DNA of 64,000 nucleotides from an uncultured bacterium (GTDB lineage: Bacteria; Actinomycetota; Acidimicrobiia; Spongiisociales; UBA5794), in the NCBI GenBank assembly GCA_963801165.1, contig CAWDDT010000011.1, positions 96,001 to 160,000 of the forward strand. Reading direction: 5' to 3'. The notes under the pieces were generated by a model. It worked only from the letters and a program-made list of their open reading frames with translations, ran no database searches and had not been told where the DNA came from. Shown one piece after another: positions 62,952 through 64,000 of the stretch. The position numbers and the translations under genes were made by a program. Numbering within the stretch: the first letter of the stretch is position 1; every line of letters begins with the position of its first letter.

Positions 62952-64000
62952 CTAAGAGAGGAAGCCCTCGTAGTTGCGCATCATCAGCTGGCTCTCCACT
63001 TGTTTCATCGTCTCGAGCGCAACTCCGGACACGATCAGGATGGACACACCGCTCAGACCGACCGGGATCTTGAACATGTATCCCATCAGCGATGGCACGA
63101 TCGCTACGACCGCCAGATACAACGATCCGGGCAGCGTGATCCTGTTGAGGATGTGGGAGAGATGCTCCACCGTCGCCCGTCCGGGCCGGATGCCGGGGAT
63201 GAACCCGCCCTGCCGCTGGATCTGTTCGGCCTGTCGCTCCGGATCGAACTGGATGGCCGTGTAGAAGTAGGTGAAGAACACGACCAGGACGCCGAGCAGC
63301 GTTATGTACGGCAGCGTCGGCGACAACGCACCACCACCCCGCGACAGCAGGTTGTCGTTGATCCAGGTACGAACAGCGTCGCCCCAACCCGTCGCCGGCA
63401 GCGACGAGGCGACCAGTACGGGGAAGTACATGATCGATGTGGCGAAGATGACCGGGATAACGCCGGCCATGTTCACCTTGAGAGGGATGTAAGTGCTCTG
63501 GCCACCGAGGACCTTGCGACCGCGGACCCGGCGGGAGAACTGGATCGGGATGCGGCGCTGACCCTGGTCCATGAAGATGATTCCGACTGTCAACGCCAGC
63601 ATCACCAGAGCCACGAGAGTGAACTCAAAGGTGTTCGAGTTGGCGTACAGCAGCCCGAACTGGCTGGGGAGCCGGCTGACGATGCTGACGAAGATGATCA
63701 GCGACATGCCGTTGCCTACCCCGCGCTGGGTGATCAGCTCGCCCAGCCACATGATCATCGCGGTACCCGCGGTCATCGTGACGATGATCGTGAGCACGTT
63801 ACGCAGGCTGTAGTCGGGAACCAGGTCGATCCCGTTGAAGAACTGACCGCTGTGAAACAAGAAGGTGAAGCTGGTCGACTGGATGAGCGCGATCGCGACA
63901 GTGAGATAACGCGTCCACTGTGTGACCACCTTCCTGCCGGACTCGCCCTCGTCCTGAAGCGACTGCAGCTTGGGGATCACTACCGCCAGCAGCTGCATGA
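62952..64000 (-). CDS. secY: Preprotein translocase SecY (5' partial)
   Basis: WLGELIT..GNGMSLII, IPLKVNMAGVIPVIFA, IPGIRPG, MRNYEGFL. Confidence 0.98.
   Translation of the reverse strand, partial: MQLLAVVIPKLQSLQDEGESGRKVVTQWTRYLTVAIALIQSTSFTFLFHSGQFFNGIDLVPDYSLRNVLTIIVTMTAGTAMIMWLGELITQRGVGNGMSLIIFVSIVSRLPSQFGLLYANSNTFEFTLVALVMLALTVGIIFMDQGQRRIPIQFSRRVRGRKVLGGQSTYIPLKVNMAGVIPVIFATSIMYFPVLVASSLPATGWGDAVRTWINDNLLSRGGGALSPTLPYITLLGVLVVFFTYFYTAIQFDPERQAEQIQRQGGFIPGIRPGRATVEHLSHILNRITLPGSLYLAVVAIVPSLMGYMFKIPVGLSGVSILIVSGVALETMKQVESQLMMRNYEGFLS

Overview
GC-rich actinobacterial chromosome segment; gene order and protein style suggest Acidimicrobiia (inference). The housekeeping backbone runs on the minus strand: secY-adk-map, infA-rpmJ-rpsM-rpsK-rpsD-rpoA-rplQ, truA-rplM-rpsI-glmM-glmS, acpS-nnr-alr-P1 peptidase-UDG-tsaE-tsaB-rimI-tsaD-M50 protease-groES-groEL, trpS, guaB3-guaA, and a partial CheA-like kinase that the ORF track missed. 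Accessory genes include a complete hoxEFUYHW group 3d [NiFe]-hydrogenase operon, two ECF sigma factor/membrane-protein pairs (one with GerMN and PASTA domains), a secreted sulfatase with 7 PKD repeats, and a DUF222-HNH gene bracketed by tandem repeats. Non-coding signals read directly from the sequence are a glmS ribozyme, a Trp leader-peptide attenuator (trpS), an Ile leader-peptide attenuator (cimA), three CIRCE boxes, three families of small dispersed palindromes with compensatory base changes, and many apparently leaderless promoters. Several single-base frameshifts look like long-read consensus errors. No rRNA, tRNA or CRISPR array was seen. All calls come from motif recognition by eye; no database searches were run.
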